This document shows positions 36,736 through 44,766 of a stretch of DNA of 50,940 nt, piece by piece. The position numbers and the translations under genes were made by a program. The stretch comes from Elusimicrobiota bacterium (GTDB taxonomy: Bacteria > Elusimicrobiota > Endomicrobiia > Endomicrobiales > Endomicrobiaceae), in NCBI GenBank assembly GCA_017529005.1, contig JAFXOB010000225.1, positions 1-50,940 of the forward strand. The letters are read 5' to 3'. How positions within the stretch are numbered: the stretch's first letter is position 1; the number at the start of each line of letters is the position of its first letter. The notes under the pieces were generated by a model, which was not told where the DNA came from, made no database searches, and saw only the letters and a program-made list of their open reading frames with translations.

Positions 36736-37366
36736 ATCTTATATCATCCAAGAAAACAGTACATCCTTTAGGATTATCTTTCTTAGAAAAAACTATACAA
36801 AAACCACCGGAAATTGAACTTAAATCAGATTTTGATAAATCTATAGTATATTTTTTCCAACTACCTGTCAATTTTATAACTTTAAGCCAAGCAACATCCG
36901 AATCACTAAACTGTCCTGAAATTCCGCCGATTTTTACTTCGGATATAACTTCGTAACCATTTGCACCTTTTGCCCAAAAAGTTAATTTTGTTGCTCCGGT
37001 TAAATTATATCCGCCTTTTTTATCGCCCCAATTGTTTACGGGATGTTGCCAATAAATCCCGGCCCACTGTTTCAAGCCTTCTGCATTATATCTCATTTTT
37101 ATACAACTTTTACCATCATGCGGTTCCTGACTGTAAGATTGATCCAACTCTAAATTTGCAACATCTCCCATCCAACCGGACGGTGCATAATGATTTTTAG
37201 GGGACATAAAATCTTCATAAACATAAAAAGGTTCAAATGAGCTCGCAGAAGTTTCACTTCCGCCTGCATTATCAGCATCCGTTTTTACTGTTTTTGAAGA
37301 AACACATGCACAAACAAAACAACTTAATAAAATAATTAATAATAAATTTTTTATATTCCCTTTCAT
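36728..37366 (-). CDS. Lipoprotein, member P3 of the tandem CBM-like family
   Basis: Lipobox region (LLSCFVCAC). FEPFYVYEDF, APSGWMGD, CIKMRY, WAGIYWQ, NNWGDKKGGYNLTGATKLTFWAKGANG, FLDDIRYE. The track start at 37378 is TTG, so ATG 37366 is used. Confidence 0.85.
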   Translation of the reverse strand: MKGNIKNLLLIILLSCFVCACVSSKTVKTDADNAGGSETSASSFEPFYVYEDFMSPKNHYAPSGWMGDVANLELDQSYSQEPHDGKSCIKMRYNAEGLKQWAGIYWQHPVNNWGDKKGGYNLTGATKLTFWAKGANGYEVISEVKIGGISGQFSDSDVAWLKVIKLTGSWKKYTIDLSKSDLSSISGGFCIVFSKKDNPKGCTVFLDDIRYE

Positions 37367-37410
37367 TTTCAAACCCAAACAAAAACTAATTTTTATTTTT
37401 ACTACATAAA

Positions 37411-38070
37411 CTATTCATACATAATATCATCTAAATAGATTACAAATCCTTTCGAATTATCATCTTTAGATGCTGCAAAACAGAATCCGCCGATTATATA
37501 ACTTAAATCTTTTCCTTCTAAATCAATAGAAACTTGTTGCCATTTTTTCGTAAGTTCAATCGGTCCAATTGCTGCTGAATCCGAATCGGGATATTCACCT
37601 GTTATTCCACCCATCTTAAATTCAGCTATTTTTTCACCGCCGTTTGCTCCTCTTACCCAAAATGTCAATTTTTTTGCTCCGGTTAAATCAAATCCACCCT
37701 TTTTATCGCCCCAATTATTTGCCGGTTGTTGCCAAAATATACCTGCCCATCCTGCACCTTGTGCCATTTCCGCGGTATATGTAATTTTTATACAATTTTT
37801 GCCGCTCTTCGGACTATCCGAACAAGACTGATCAAGTTTTATATCACCGAAATCACCCATCCATCCGGATGGTGCAAAATGATTTTTTTGGGACATAAAA
37901 TCATCATAAACATAAAAAGGCTCAAAAGAGTTTGAAACACTTGTACTTGCAGCTGCCTTGTTTGTATCCGCACTTGATTCGTCTTTTGCAGCCTTTGAAG
38001 AAGCACATGCACAAATAAAACAACCTAAAAGTACTAATAAAGATAAAATTTTTAATTTATTATTTTTCAT
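37411..38070 (-). CDS. Lipoprotein, member P2 of the tandem CBM-like family
   Basis: Lipobox region (LLGCFICAC). 130 of 156 aligned C-terminal residues are identical to P1 by hand count. Ends YLDDIMYE. Confidence 0.85.
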   Translation of the reverse strand: MKNNKLKILSLLVLLGCFICACASSKAAKDESSADTNKAAASTSVSNSFEPFYVYDDFMSQKNHFAPSGWMGDFGDIKLDQSCSDSPKSGKNCIKITYTAEMAQGAGWAGIFWQQPANNWGDKKGGFDLTGAKKLTFWVRGANGGEKIAEFKMGGITGEYPDSDSAAIGPIELTKKWQQVSIDLEGKDLSYIIGGFCFAASKDDNSKGFVIYLDDIMYE

Positions 38071-38087
38071 TTTTTTTCCTGTTTTAT

Positions 38088-38108
38088 GGGGCAGGATTTC
38101 CCTGCCCC
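38088..38108 (-). promoter_or_regulatory. GC-rich intercistronic hairpin between P1 and P2
   Basis: GGGGCAGG-ATTTC-CCTGCCCC forms a perfect 8-bp G/C stem in otherwise AT-rich DNA. On the minus strand it is followed by AUAAAACAGGAAAAAAAAUG with no U-run, so it is not a canonical terminator. Confidence 0.55.
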
Positions 38109-38122
38109 AATAAATTTATTAA

Positions 38123-38752
38123 TTATTCATAAATAATATCATCTAAATAGATTATGAATCCGTTTGGATTATCATCTTTAGATGCTGCAAAACAGAATCC
38201 ACCGATTACATGGCTCAAATCTTTTCCTGTTAAATCGATTGAATATTTCTGCCATTCTTTTGTTAATTCGATTGGTCCTACTGCTGCTGAATCTGAATCA
38301 GGATATTCACCTGTTATTCCACCCATTTTGAATTCAGCTATTTTTTCACCACCGTTTGCTCCTCTTGCCCAGAATGTTAATTTCTTTGCTCCGGTCAAAT
38401 CATAGCCGCCTTTCTTTTCTCCCCAGTTGTTTGCCGGTTGTTGCCAGAATATACCTGTCCATCCTGCACCTTGTGTCATTTTTGCACTATATGTAATCTT
38501 GATGCAGTTGTTACCACTTCTTGGACTTTCTGTGCATGCTTGGTTCAATTTCAAATCACCAAAATCTCCCATCCATCTAGATGGTGCAAAGTGATTGTCT
38601 TTTGAAGCATTTTCTACATAAACTGCAAATGTTTTAAAAGAAGATGCTCCTTCAGATTTTGCTGCTGTTTTTGCTTTAGGTGCTGCAAATGCTACACCTG
38701 CTACTCCTGCCATGAAAACGGTTGCTACCAACAAACTCAATACCTTTCTCAT
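38123..38752 (-). CDS. Secreted (non-lipoprotein) member P1 of the tandem CBM-like family
   Basis: SPase-I type signal (LLVATVFMAGVAGVAFA-AP) with no Cys. Strong AAGGAGAGGG RBS. Noticeably less AT-rich codon usage than its neighbours. Ends YLDDIIYE. Confidence 0.85.
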   Translation of the reverse strand: MRKVLSLLVATVFMAGVAGVAFAAPKAKTAAKSEGASSFKTFAVYVENASKDNHFAPSRWMGDFGDLKLNQACTESPRSGNNCIKITYSAKMTQGAGWTGIFWQQPANNWGEKKGGYDLTGAKKLTFWARGANGGEKIAEFKMGGITGEYPDSDSAAVGPIELTKEWQKYSIDLTGKDLSHVIGGFCFAASKDDNPNGFIIYLDDIIYE

Positions 38753-38764
38753 TTTCCCTCTCCT

Positions 38765-41533
38765 TTATTTATTTTTTCGTAGATCATACTCAACATTGGC
38801 TTCTTTTGTTGTCTTGTTGCCTTCTGTATCTTTCTTCAATATGAGTATTTCTACTCTTCTGTTCAATTCTCTTCCTGCAGCAGTCTTGTTCGTTGCAACA
38901 GGATATTTTTCACCCAAGCCGACTGTAGACATTCTCTTTCTGTCAACGCCTAATTTTACAAGATAATTTGCTACGGATCTTGCTCTTCTTTCCGACAAGC
39001 CTTGGTTGTACTCGTCCGAACCATAAGCATCCGTATGACCTTCAACACTAATGTCGTTACGAACGTATGAATTCAATATTCTTGCAGCTTCTCTAAGTAT
39101 CTTATCTGCACTCGGTTTAATATTTGTCTTATCAAAGTCAAAGAGAACTTTAGATGAGAACGACAACTTAAGTCCTCTGTCGGTTTCAACAACTTTAAGT
39201 TCAGGAGTAATTAATCTTACTTTACAAATATTTGATTTTGCTATATTACCAAACGTATCACTAACTATCAATTGTGCATCATAAACATCATCAGGCAAAT
39301 ATCTGTTTTCAAAATCTTTACCGTTCCATTTAACCGATTCAGGACATTCTCCCAAACCGTTAAATGTATATACAATTCTTGAATTCTTATCAAGCAATCT
39401 GATTTCCCACGTTGCTATACCGTTTTCATCATAAGCCAAAGGATACAATGTTGTTTTTTGACCTTTTGAAGGCATAATTACATCCGGATCCAAACTTAAA
39501 GAACAAGTCGGCAATGTTTCATCTTTTTCAATTCTAGGCTTTGTTCCAAATTTAAATAATCCTTCAAATATAAGTCTAACATAAGTTCTTACTTCATCAA
39601 AAGTACCAAGTTCGTTTCTGCTTTCAGCTACACCATCTATCTTTTTTACAACATAATAATCTGTTTTTCTTCCGCCGACATAATCAACACCTGCTATTAT
39701 ACATTTTGTAAATTCTCTTGAAATTTGAGCATAATAAACTTCATCATAAGTGGCACCGTAATCTCTGTGCCAATCATCCGGTCCCCAAACATCTTTTCCA
39801 TATCCCATTCTAAATCTATAAGGTGCTTTATTAATTAATAAATTAGTTTTAAAAAACCCTGTTATTTCTTTTAAGAAAACTTCCTGACTTGTATAAGCTG
39901 TAGAATATGTTGCAGGATCTTCTCCGACTTCAAAATCATAAACAACTTCATAATCATCAAAAAATATTCTTGTTAAAAATATTAAGGTTCCTAAATATCT
40001 GTCTGTAGGTAAAGCACCGTAAACAGGAAGTCCGGAATAGTTTTCCCAAACTACTTCACCATACTCGTTTCTGCCGACTTGTCTGTCTGTTCCACCCATA
40101 TACCTGGTTAATTTAACTTGTGCTGCAAAGGAAAGTAATGCATCTTCTTCCGGGTTTAAATTCCAAGATTCGAGAGTATTCGGTTCATATTGATAAAACC
40201 ATGTGTCCGGCGTAGGATCATATGTAAACGTAAAAGTAAACTCATCTGTTTCTCTGTTATCCCATCCGGTAGGTTCATTTCTCCACCATACCCAGAAAGG
40301 TTGATTCGGACCTCTTGCTTTAATTAAGTCCGGTCCCCATTTACTTGATCTTGCAGGTATTGCTTGCAATAAAGGTTTTTGTCTCATATATGCAAAATGT
40401 CCTGTAAGATTAGGACCTATGCCCTGTTGAACAGAAAAATCAAGTTTTTGTTTGTTTCCGGCTGAAAGGCCTTCATATATATATCCCATAGTAACTACAT
40501 CAAACCACAAAGATTTAGGTATTGAAACTTTAGCTGCTCCACCGAAAGCATCTCCCATATTTGTTCTGTCTTGCTCAATCAATAAGTCTGTTCCGTTAGT
40601 TCCCTGATTATTAGGTACATTTCTTTCAGCAACATAATCGTAAGTATCACCTATTCTGAAAGGTCTAAACTTCGCACCTAATTGCAATGTGCTGCCGCTG
40701 ATATTAAAATCCGTACTAACTTCGGCAGTTCTCATTCTTTCACCTTCATCACCGTAAGGAATTTCATGATCTACATAAAAGAAATTTATATTACTGCCGA
40801 ATATATTTTTATATTTTAAATAAAAACCTTGTTTATAATCAGTAATAGGTTCACCATATTGCAATTCAATATTACCGGCTTTTCCTTCCATATTAAGTTG
40901 ATACCACTCAGGCATTGCTCTTCCGGTTATCATCAACAAATTATAAGGATCTGTTTCTGCCTGATAAATATTGAACATATCTCCTTCATAACCCCAATGG
41001 TAATGAAATTGATTTCTGTTATATTGTAATTTTGCCCAATCATTATGAATTTCTGCTTTTGCCGTATTCCATGAAAATTTTGGAATTATTTGTCCGTCAT
41101 CGAACATTCTGTGAGGATGGTTAACTGTTGTCCAATATCTTGAAGCATAATCCGCAATAAAACACAATCCGAATTGTGCACTTGCCCATGTTGCCGGTTT
41201 AAAAGCAACATCCAACCACATTGTTTGGCCCCAACGATCTTTCCAATCTTGGTCTTTTAAATTATTATCTGTAGAATCGTACCTGAAATAATTATTCATT
41301 AAATGAGGTGTTGTGTACCAACCATCGCCTCTTTTATTGAATATGCCCTCAAATAAAAGCTCTGCTCTTACGGCAATATCATATACATCTAAATATTCCG
41401 CATCCACAAAACCCGGAGTTTGTCGAAAATCGCTTCTGGGTTCAACCGCAGAACCAATACCTTTTCCGGCTGTGGCTAAAACAGGAATAAATAAAAAAAT
41501 TGCGATAATAAAAGACAATCTTTTGAAGCTCAT
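38765..41533 (-). CDS. 922-aa outer-membrane protein: signal peptide + about 640-aa unrecognised aromatic/Gly-rich (barrel-like) region + FlgD-Ig-like module + OmpA_C peptidoglycan-binding domain
   Basis: Signal peptide FIIAIFLFIPVLATA. C-terminal OmpA-like domain (VLFDFDKTNIKPSADKIL..., ISVEGHTDAYGSDEYNQGLSERRARSVANYL, NRRVEILI). The preceding WNGKDFENRYLPDDVYDAQLIVSD matches the FlgD-Ig style pattern. The N-terminal region ends ...FEGLFKFG. Confidence 0.85.
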   Translation of the reverse strand: MSFKRLSFIIAIFLFIPVLATAGKGIGSAVEPRSDFRQTPGFVDAEYLDVYDIAVRAELLFEGIFNKRGDGWYTTPHLMNNYFRYDSTDNNLKDQDWKDRWGQTMWLDVAFKPATWASAQFGLCFIADYASRYWTTVNHPHRMFDDGQIIPKFSWNTAKAEIHNDWAKLQYNRNQFHYHWGYEGDMFNIYQAETDPYNLLMITGRAMPEWYQLNMEGKAGNIELQYGEPITDYKQGFYLKYKNIFGSNINFFYVDHEIPYGDEGERMRTAEVSTDFNISGSTLQLGAKFRPFRIGDTYDYVAERNVPNNQGTNGTDLLIEQDRTNMGDAFGGAAKVSIPKSLWFDVVTMGYIYEGLSAGNKQKLDFSVQQGIGPNLTGHFAYMRQKPLLQAIPARSSKWGPDLIKARGPNQPFWVWWRNEPTGWDNRETDEFTFTFTYDPTPDTWFYQYEPNTLESWNLNPEEDALLSFAAQVKLTRYMGGTDRQVGRNEYGEVVWENYSGLPVYGALPTDRYLGTLIFLTRIFFDDYEVVYDFEVGEDPATYSTAYTSQEVFLKEITGFFKTNLLINKAPYRFRMGYGKDVWGPDDWHRDYGATYDEVYYAQISREFTKCIIAGVDYVGGRKTDYYVVKKIDGVAESRNELGTFDEVRTYVRLIFEGLFKFGTKPRIEKDETLPTCSLSLDPDVIMPSKGQKTTLYPLAYDENGIATWEIRLLDKNSRIVYTFNGLGECPESVKWNGKDFENRYLPDDVYDAQLIVSDTFGNIAKSNICKVRLITPELKVVETDRGLKLSFSSKVLFDFDKTNIKPSADKILREAARILNSYVRNDISVEGHTDAYGSDEYNQGLSERRARSVANYLVKLGVDRKRMSTVGLGEKYPVATNKTAAGRELNRRVEILILKKDTEGNKTTKEANVEYDLRKNK

Positions 41534-41541
41534 ACTAGCTT

Positions 41542-41570
41542 ATTATATTTTTTCAATAATTTAAAGTCAA
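41542..41570 (-). promoter_or_regulatory. Near-consensus sigma70 promoter of the envelope operon (possible leaderless transcript)
   Basis: On the minus strand: TTGACT (41570-41565), 17 nt spacer, TATAAT (41547-41542). Only 8 nt (AAGCTAGT) separate it from ATG 41533, and there is no Shine-Dalgarno sequence. Confidence 0.6.
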
Positions 41571-41597
41571 GTTTTTATGCAAAAATTCATAAAAGTT

Positions 41598-43064
41598 TTA
41601 TTTTGATATTTTTTGAATATTATATTGTCTGGCAATATTATTGTTTCTTATTGTTTTCACATTATCAACATCAGGTGATAAATTAAAAATCTCATATATT
41701 CTGCAAGGCAACTTTCCATCGTCTCTCGGTTCATAAACAAAGGCTCCGTTTGAATAATCGAAGTCTTTCGGCATTTTCCAAATTTCAAATTGTGTCTTTT
41801 TTGAACCGTTGGAATATCTAAAAGTTTTTATTTTGTTTTTTGTATAATATGCAATCGAAGAAGAAAGCTGATGTTCCGGAGTAACAACAAACTCATAACC
41901 GTCATTTAACAATTTTTCCGCCAATTCTTTATAACCATGAAAATAATTTGTAGCATCCGCAATCGCGGTATCGTTTGAAATTTTATCCAACGGTAAAATT
42001 GTATATTTTGCATGAAGACCAATAATAACAGAAACTACCAGATTGAAAATCAGTGCACCCGCAACAAGTCTTTGTTTGATTTTACCGCCTTCAATAAAAT
42101 ATTTCGCAGCAATTATTGAAAAAGTAAAATAAGCAGGTATAGGCCAGTTACCGCCGGGTAATCTTTTTAATGCTGTAAACACATAAAATAATATTACCGG
42201 AACAGAAAATGCTGCAAGAAAAATATTTTTTGTATTTTTGGAAAATAAATATTTTATACCTATATACAATATAGGAAAGAATAAAATAATATTAAAAACT
42301 CCCGCCTGTGTTCCTAAATATTCAAAGATATAATTAAATCTTATACCATCATTTGATAAACCGTGACCTATTTGATAAGAAAAAGATGCCCAATCATGTT
42401 GCCAATTCCAATATATTACGGGTAAAAAACATATAACGGAAATTAATATTCCTATATATAGTTGATAATTTTTAAACCAATATATTTTTTTATCAAGAAC
42501 AATATAAATAAACAAACTCATAATAAACAAACATGCAGTATATTTGGATAACATCGATAAACCAAAAAACAATCCTATCAAATACCAATAATTGACATTC
42601 TTTGTTTCTATAAGTTTCCAAACATAATATGTTGCCAGTGACAGAAATAAAAACACCGGGGTATCCGGCGTAATAATTATTGATGCCGTAAATAATATAG
42701 GCATACAATGAAGTATAACAATACTTGCACTTGCCATAGCTTCATTATTAAAAAGTCTTATTACTAATTTCCAAAGTAAAAAACTTAAAATTATTGTAAC
42801 TATTATACTTGAAAACCGAACTGCAATTTCATTATTACAAAAAAGAGTTGTTAACTTAATAAAATATGCAACCATCGGTGCATGATCATAGTAGCTCAAA
42901 TCCAAACTTTTAGACCATAACCAATAATATGCTTCATCCGAATGCAGAGGAACAGAAGACATAAAAAGTTTCCACAAAACAGAAACAAAAACAAAGATTA
43001 TTGTATTTTTAAGATTAAATATTTTTGTCACAAAATCCCCAAATAACAAGCCATATAAATACAA
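41598..43064 (-). CDS. GT-C fold glycosyltransferase, ArnT / PMT (family 39/83)-like
   Basis: HSDEAYYWLWSKSLDLSYYDHAPMVAYFIK is the characteristic first periplasmic loop of ArnT/PMT_2 enzymes. About 11 TM segments. The start is uncertain: 43064 is TTG, and an in-frame GTG lies at 43031. Confidence 0.8.
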   Translation of the reverse strand: MYLYGLLFGDFVTKIFNLKNTIIFVFVSVLWKLFMSSVPLHSDEAYYWLWSKSLDLSYYDHAPMVAYFIKLTTLFCNNEIAVRFSSIIVTIILSFLLWKLVIRLFNNEAMASASIVILHCMPILFTASIIITPDTPVFLFLSLATYYVWKLIETKNVNYWYLIGLFFGLSMLSKYTACLFIMSLFIYIVLDKKIYWFKNYQLYIGILISVICFLPVIYWNWQHDWASFSYQIGHGLSNDGIRFNYIFEYLGTQAGVFNIILFFPILYIGIKYLFSKNTKNIFLAAFSVPVILFYVFTALKRLPGGNWPIPAYFTFSIIAAKYFIEGGKIKQRLVAGALIFNLVVSVIIGLHAKYTILPLDKISNDTAIADATNYFHGYKELAEKLLNDGYEFVVTPEHQLSSSIAYYTKNKIKTFRYSNGSKKTQFEIWKMPKDFDYSNGAFVYEPRDDGKLPCRIYEIFNLSPDVDNVKTIRNNNIARQYNIQKISK

Positions 43065-44337
43065 GTGATGCTGCAGTAGGAATAATTGTTTCCGGTATCA
43101 TAACATTATTACAGAAACTATATTCCAATATGTAAATAAAATAAAAAATACAAGCAGAAAAAAAACAAGCCAACAACAAAGATATAATTCTTATTATTTT
43201 CATACCCGGTATATTATATAGTAATCCTATAAGCACTAATATAAACATATAAAAACTTACTACATATTTTAGTTGTGTGGTTGTAACATATATATACATA
43301 AAATAAAACGGTTCAAAAATATATCTTAAAACAGATTGATTTCCTTTCACGTCATGTACAACTATTTTTGTTTTAGGCTTTTCTTTTATAAGTTCAAACA
43401 AATTTTTATTATCTTTTTCTTCTATGATTGTCCAAACATTTGTCATATAACCGAGTCCGTGCCAATCCGTAGTTCCAAACACAGGCAAGTTATTTTCATT
43501 ACAAATATCTATTAATTGTTGTCTGGTTTGATCTGATATATATCTATACCCGCAATTATAAATTTCAAAACCGTCTATTCCCCAATCCACAAGTTGTTTC
43601 AAATCCGGTCTATGCCATTTCCACCAATGAGGCATAATGACAAGCATATCTTGAGAATGAGAAAAATCTATCAAATCTTTTATACTTTTATCTTTAAAAT
43701 CTTCATATTCAAAATAATTATTTGATAACAACAAAACCGATACTCCATCCGTTGTTCTTATCTGTATTCCCGGAAAAATATGTTCTGTTCCTATATTATT
43801 CGGTATGGTTTTATATCCGTTTGTATTATCATGTTCGGTAATAAAAAAATCCGTAAAACCATGTTTTCTATGAAAATTAATACTTGAAAACATATTTGAA
43901 ATATTGTCTCTTGAAGAAATTGTATGAGAATGAATATCTGCGATCTTATATCCGTCTAAATTTGTGATTTCGGGACCGATAACAGGAAGAATTATAACCA
44001 TACAACATAAAGACACAAAGAAAAAGAAAGAAAAACAACAAGATATAATTGTATTTTTCAATTTACAATTTTTATATCTGCATAATAAAACAGTAATTAA
44101 AACCAGCCATAATAACCAAGATACAAATGCAAAAACATAACCGGATCTTTCCATAGTTAAAATATAATATGCAAATGCATAAAAAGGCTCTATGAAAAGT
44201 CTAAAAACAGGCCATTGTAATATAATATTATTTAATTGTTCTCCGGTTGAAATATCAACAATATTTGAAGTGTAAAAAAGAATGTTTAATACAACAGAAA
44301 CTATTATTATAGAAACAAGAGTATATATTTTTTTCAT
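43015..44337 (-). CDS. Polytopic membrane protein with a central PHP-family metal-dependent phosphoesterase domain
   Basis: PHP motifs in order: ADIHSHTISSRD, FFITEHDN, FPGIQIRT, VIMPHWW, IDGFEIYN. The domain is flanked by about 4 N-terminal and about 3 C-terminal TM helices. Confidence 0.75.
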   Translation of the reverse strand: MKKIYTLVSIIIVSVVLNILFYTSNIVDISTGEQLNNIILQWPVFRLFIEPFYAFAYYILTMERSGYVFAFVSWLLWLVLITVLLCRYKNCKLKNTIISCCFSFFFFVSLCCMVIILPVIGPEITNLDGYKIADIHSHTISSRDNISNMFSSINFHRKHGFTDFFITEHDNTNGYKTIPNNIGTEHIFPGIQIRTTDGVSVLLLSNNYFEYEDFKDKSIKDLIDFSHSQDMLVIMPHWWKWHRPDLKQLVDWGIDGFEIYNCGYRYISDQTRQQLIDICNENNLPVFGTTDWHGLGYMTNVWTIIEEKDNKNLFELIKEKPKTKIVVHDVKGNQSVLRYIFEPFYFMYIYVTTTQLKYVVSFYMFILVLIGLLYNIPGMKIIRIISLLLACFFSACIFYFIYILEYSFCNNVMIPETIIPTAASLVFIWLVIWGFCDKNI

Positions 44338-44346
44338 TTTGACAGA

Positions 44347-44766
44347 TTAGGTGTTCTTTTCAATACCACTCGGTATATCTATTGCTAAACCGAATTTAGA
44401 AACTCCGGCTTTTTTGGCTTTATCCATAACATTTACTACCAAATCGTATTTTATCTCTTTATCACCCTTTATAACAACCGGTCTATCCGGATATTTTCTT
44501 ATCTTATCTTTTATAGCCTGCTCTACATATTCATTATGAAATTGAGTTCCGTCAACATAAATAAAACCTTCTTTATCTATTGTTATCTCTATAATTTTAT
44601 CTTCACTTCTCTCTGTTGTTTCAGCGGCTTCAGGCAAATCCACCTTTATTTGATGCTGTGATAACATAGGTGTTGTAATCATAAATATTATAAGTAAAAC
44701 AAGAACAACATCCGTAAACGGGGTTATATTTATATCTGCAACAACTTTTTTTCTGTTATTTGCCAT
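44347..44766 (-). CDS. tolR: TolR / ExbD-family protein
   Basis: INITPFTDVVLVLLIIFMI TM signature. 139 aa. 11-nt overlap with tolQ. Lies in a Tol-Pal context. Confidence 0.8.
   Translation of the reverse strand: MANNRKKVVADINITPFTDVVLVLLIIFMITTPMLSQHQIKVDLPEAAETTERSEDKIIEITIDKEGFIYVDGTQFHNEYVEQAIKDKIRKYPDRPVVIKGDKEIKYDLVVNVMDKAKKAGVSKFGLAIDIPSGIEKNT

Noticed and set aside
36576-38966. + strand ORFs 36576..36956, 36961..37200, 37726..37935, 38154..38405 and 38712..38966
   Set aside because: All are antisense to well-supported exported-protein genes, have no RBS and have odd composition.
38765-41533. The 922-aa protein as a TonB-dependent receptor (SusC-like)
   Set aside because: I could see no TonB-box-like motif or plug-like N-terminal segment after the signal peptide. 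The C-terminal OmpA_C domain is also not a feature of TonB-dependent receptors. This is a by-eye judgement that an HMM should confirm.
43015-43064. 50-nt overlap between the PHP gene and the GT-C gene as evidence of a frameshifted fusion or pseudogene
   Set aside because: The GT-C track start is a TTG. An in-frame GTG at 43031 cuts the overlap to 17 nt. Both ORFs are otherwise intact with full motif sets.
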